Of a stretch of 22,196 nt of DNA, positions 21,460 through 22,196 are shown one piece after another. The notes under the pieces are model-generated. The model ran no database searches and was not told the origin of the DNA. It saw only the letters and a program-made list of their open reading frames with translations. Position 1 is the stretch's first letter; every line of letters begins with the position of its first letter. Origin of the DNA: a virus; IMG/VR virus record IMGVR_UViG_3300026549_000035, positions 160,918 through 183,113 of that record, one strand, 5' to 3'. Made by a program: the position numbers and the translations under genes.

Positions 21460-21531
21460 ATTACAATGTAATTATAGCACACTCTGTCGGAAATGTCAAT
21501 AGTTATTACAAAATTGTAACCGCGCCCGGGC
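21460..21531 (-). promoter_or_regulatory. Class II promoter (TTGACA-17-TATAAT) flanked by two operators, TTACAAAATTGTAA (21505..21518, upstream) and TTACAATGTAA (21460..21470, over the -10/+1), plus the CGCGCCCGGGC box
   Basis: tgtcaa at 21493..21498 and attata at 21470..21475. Confidence 0.65.
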
Positions 21532-21546
21532 AAAAAATGGGAAGTT

Positions 21547-21795
21547 TTAATCTAAAACTTCCCATGGATAACAGCGCAAAGCGCCTTCAAGAGCTTCTTC
21601 AAGATTCTCACGAGTTAGTTTACCTTTGTAAAGAAGTCGTTCGGGGTGAAAATTATCATAAATGAAATATTCATCATCATTTTTGGTAAATCCAACCCCG
21701 CAAAGGGTATTTAATGCGTATTCTAATCCAGTTTGAAAAGTTTCACTTACTGAACAAATGGCTCCATCAAAATCTATAAAAATAAATACAACCAT
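21547..21795 (-). CDS. hypothetical protein, 82 aa; its start overlaps the upstream stop (TAATG)
   Basis: Translational coupling with 21795..22070. Ends in TAA. Confidence 0.5.
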   Translation of the reverse strand: MVVFIFIDFDGAICSVSETFQTGLEYALNTLCGVGFTKNDDEYFIYDNFHPERLLYKGKLTRENLEEALEGALRCYPWEVLD

Positions 21796-22070
21796 TAAAA
21801 AACTCTCTCCTTTCCTTTTCTTTCAATAAAATCTGCTAAATAAGTTTCCACTTCAGCAGGACGATTAATAAGATCTTCGATAAATTCGGTAAAATTACCA
21901 TTACCATAAACAGCTTTTATAAAATCAGTCAGTTCATACTGCTGATGAAGTTCTTGGTAAATGAATTCTTTGAAATTTTCAAGAATATTCAAAGTTCCTT
22001 TTAGACTTAATACATCTTCCGAGGAAAAGGTAAAGTCAATACTGATTGTTTTACTGGCAGAAAGTTTCAT
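21795..22070 (-). CDS. hypothetical protein, 91 aa
   Basis: An AAAGGAAAT SD lies 7 nt upstream, directly after the poly(T) tract. Ends in TAA. Confidence 0.5.
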   Translation of the reverse strand: MKLSASKTISIDFTFSSEDVLSLKGTLNILENFKEFIYQELHQQYELTDFIKAVYGNGNFTEFIEDLINRPAEVETYLADFIERKGKERVF

Positions 22071-22084
22071 TGTTTTATTTCCTT

Positions 22085-22182
<98 letters not shown>

Positions 22183-22196
22183 CTCTTTCTCTCACT

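Noticed and set aside
481-21665. Short ORFs antisense to or nested in minus-strand genes: 481..669, 718..927, 1963..2169, 3265..3525, 4993..5175, 5639..5995, 5734..6090, 6994..7188, 7784..8068, 7993..8253, 8648..8857, 8732..8995, 9722..9910, 10267..10488, 10833..11078, 17816..18022, 18531..18818, 18935..19177, 19714..20145, 20756..21079 and 21435..21665
   Set aside because: Each lies inside or across a longer, RBS-supported gene or promoter on the other strand or frame. The translations are low-complexity and Ile/Phe/Leu-rich, as expected for AT-rich antisense, and none has a convincing SD.

Overview
This window is AT-rich and densely packed, with almost all coding on the minus strand. It looks like a virulent phage or phage-like element of a low-GC host. 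The evidence is strong AAGGAGG-type Shine-Dalgarno (SD) ribosome-binding sites, many small ORFans, zinc-ribbon tails on diverse proteins, hairpin terminators, and two reiterated families of sigma70-consensus promoters. Recognisable products are a Nudix hydrolase, a PncA-like nicotinamidase, an HD phosphohydrolase, a HAD 5'(3')-deoxyribonucleotidase, an M42-like peptidase, a ribbon-helix-helix (RHH) regulator, a sigma-region-4-like HTH protein and a truncated-looking formate/nitrite-transporter (FNT)-like channel. The most important observation is that TAG is never a clear terminal stop here, while all clear stops are TAA or TGA. At least 10 in-frame TAG codons interrupt ORFs whose upstream part has a strong RBS or whose downstream part lacks a start codon and reads as good protein, including homology continuity in the FNT-like gene and a Cys-rich N-terminus in a zinc-ribbon gene. 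This points to amber recoding or suppression, a genetic code 15-like phage. Other notable structures are class II promoter modules (GCCCGGGCG box, TTACAA-NN-TTGTAA operator, TTGACA-17-TATAAT, conserved leader, stop-overlapping hairpin), TTGTAA/TTACAA half-site arrays and AAAATTG iteron-like repeats, and a GC-rich non-coding island with CACCGAACGGGG and CATATGGGG repeats. There is also a ~105-nt GC-rich long imperfect hairpin, two homopolymer-linked frameshifts (one at an A_AAA_AAG heptamer) and a ~100-nt poly(T) tract at the window end. I found no tRNA, rRNA, CRISPR or transposase. ORF-track calls inside the GC island and those antisense to minus-strand genes are judged spurious.
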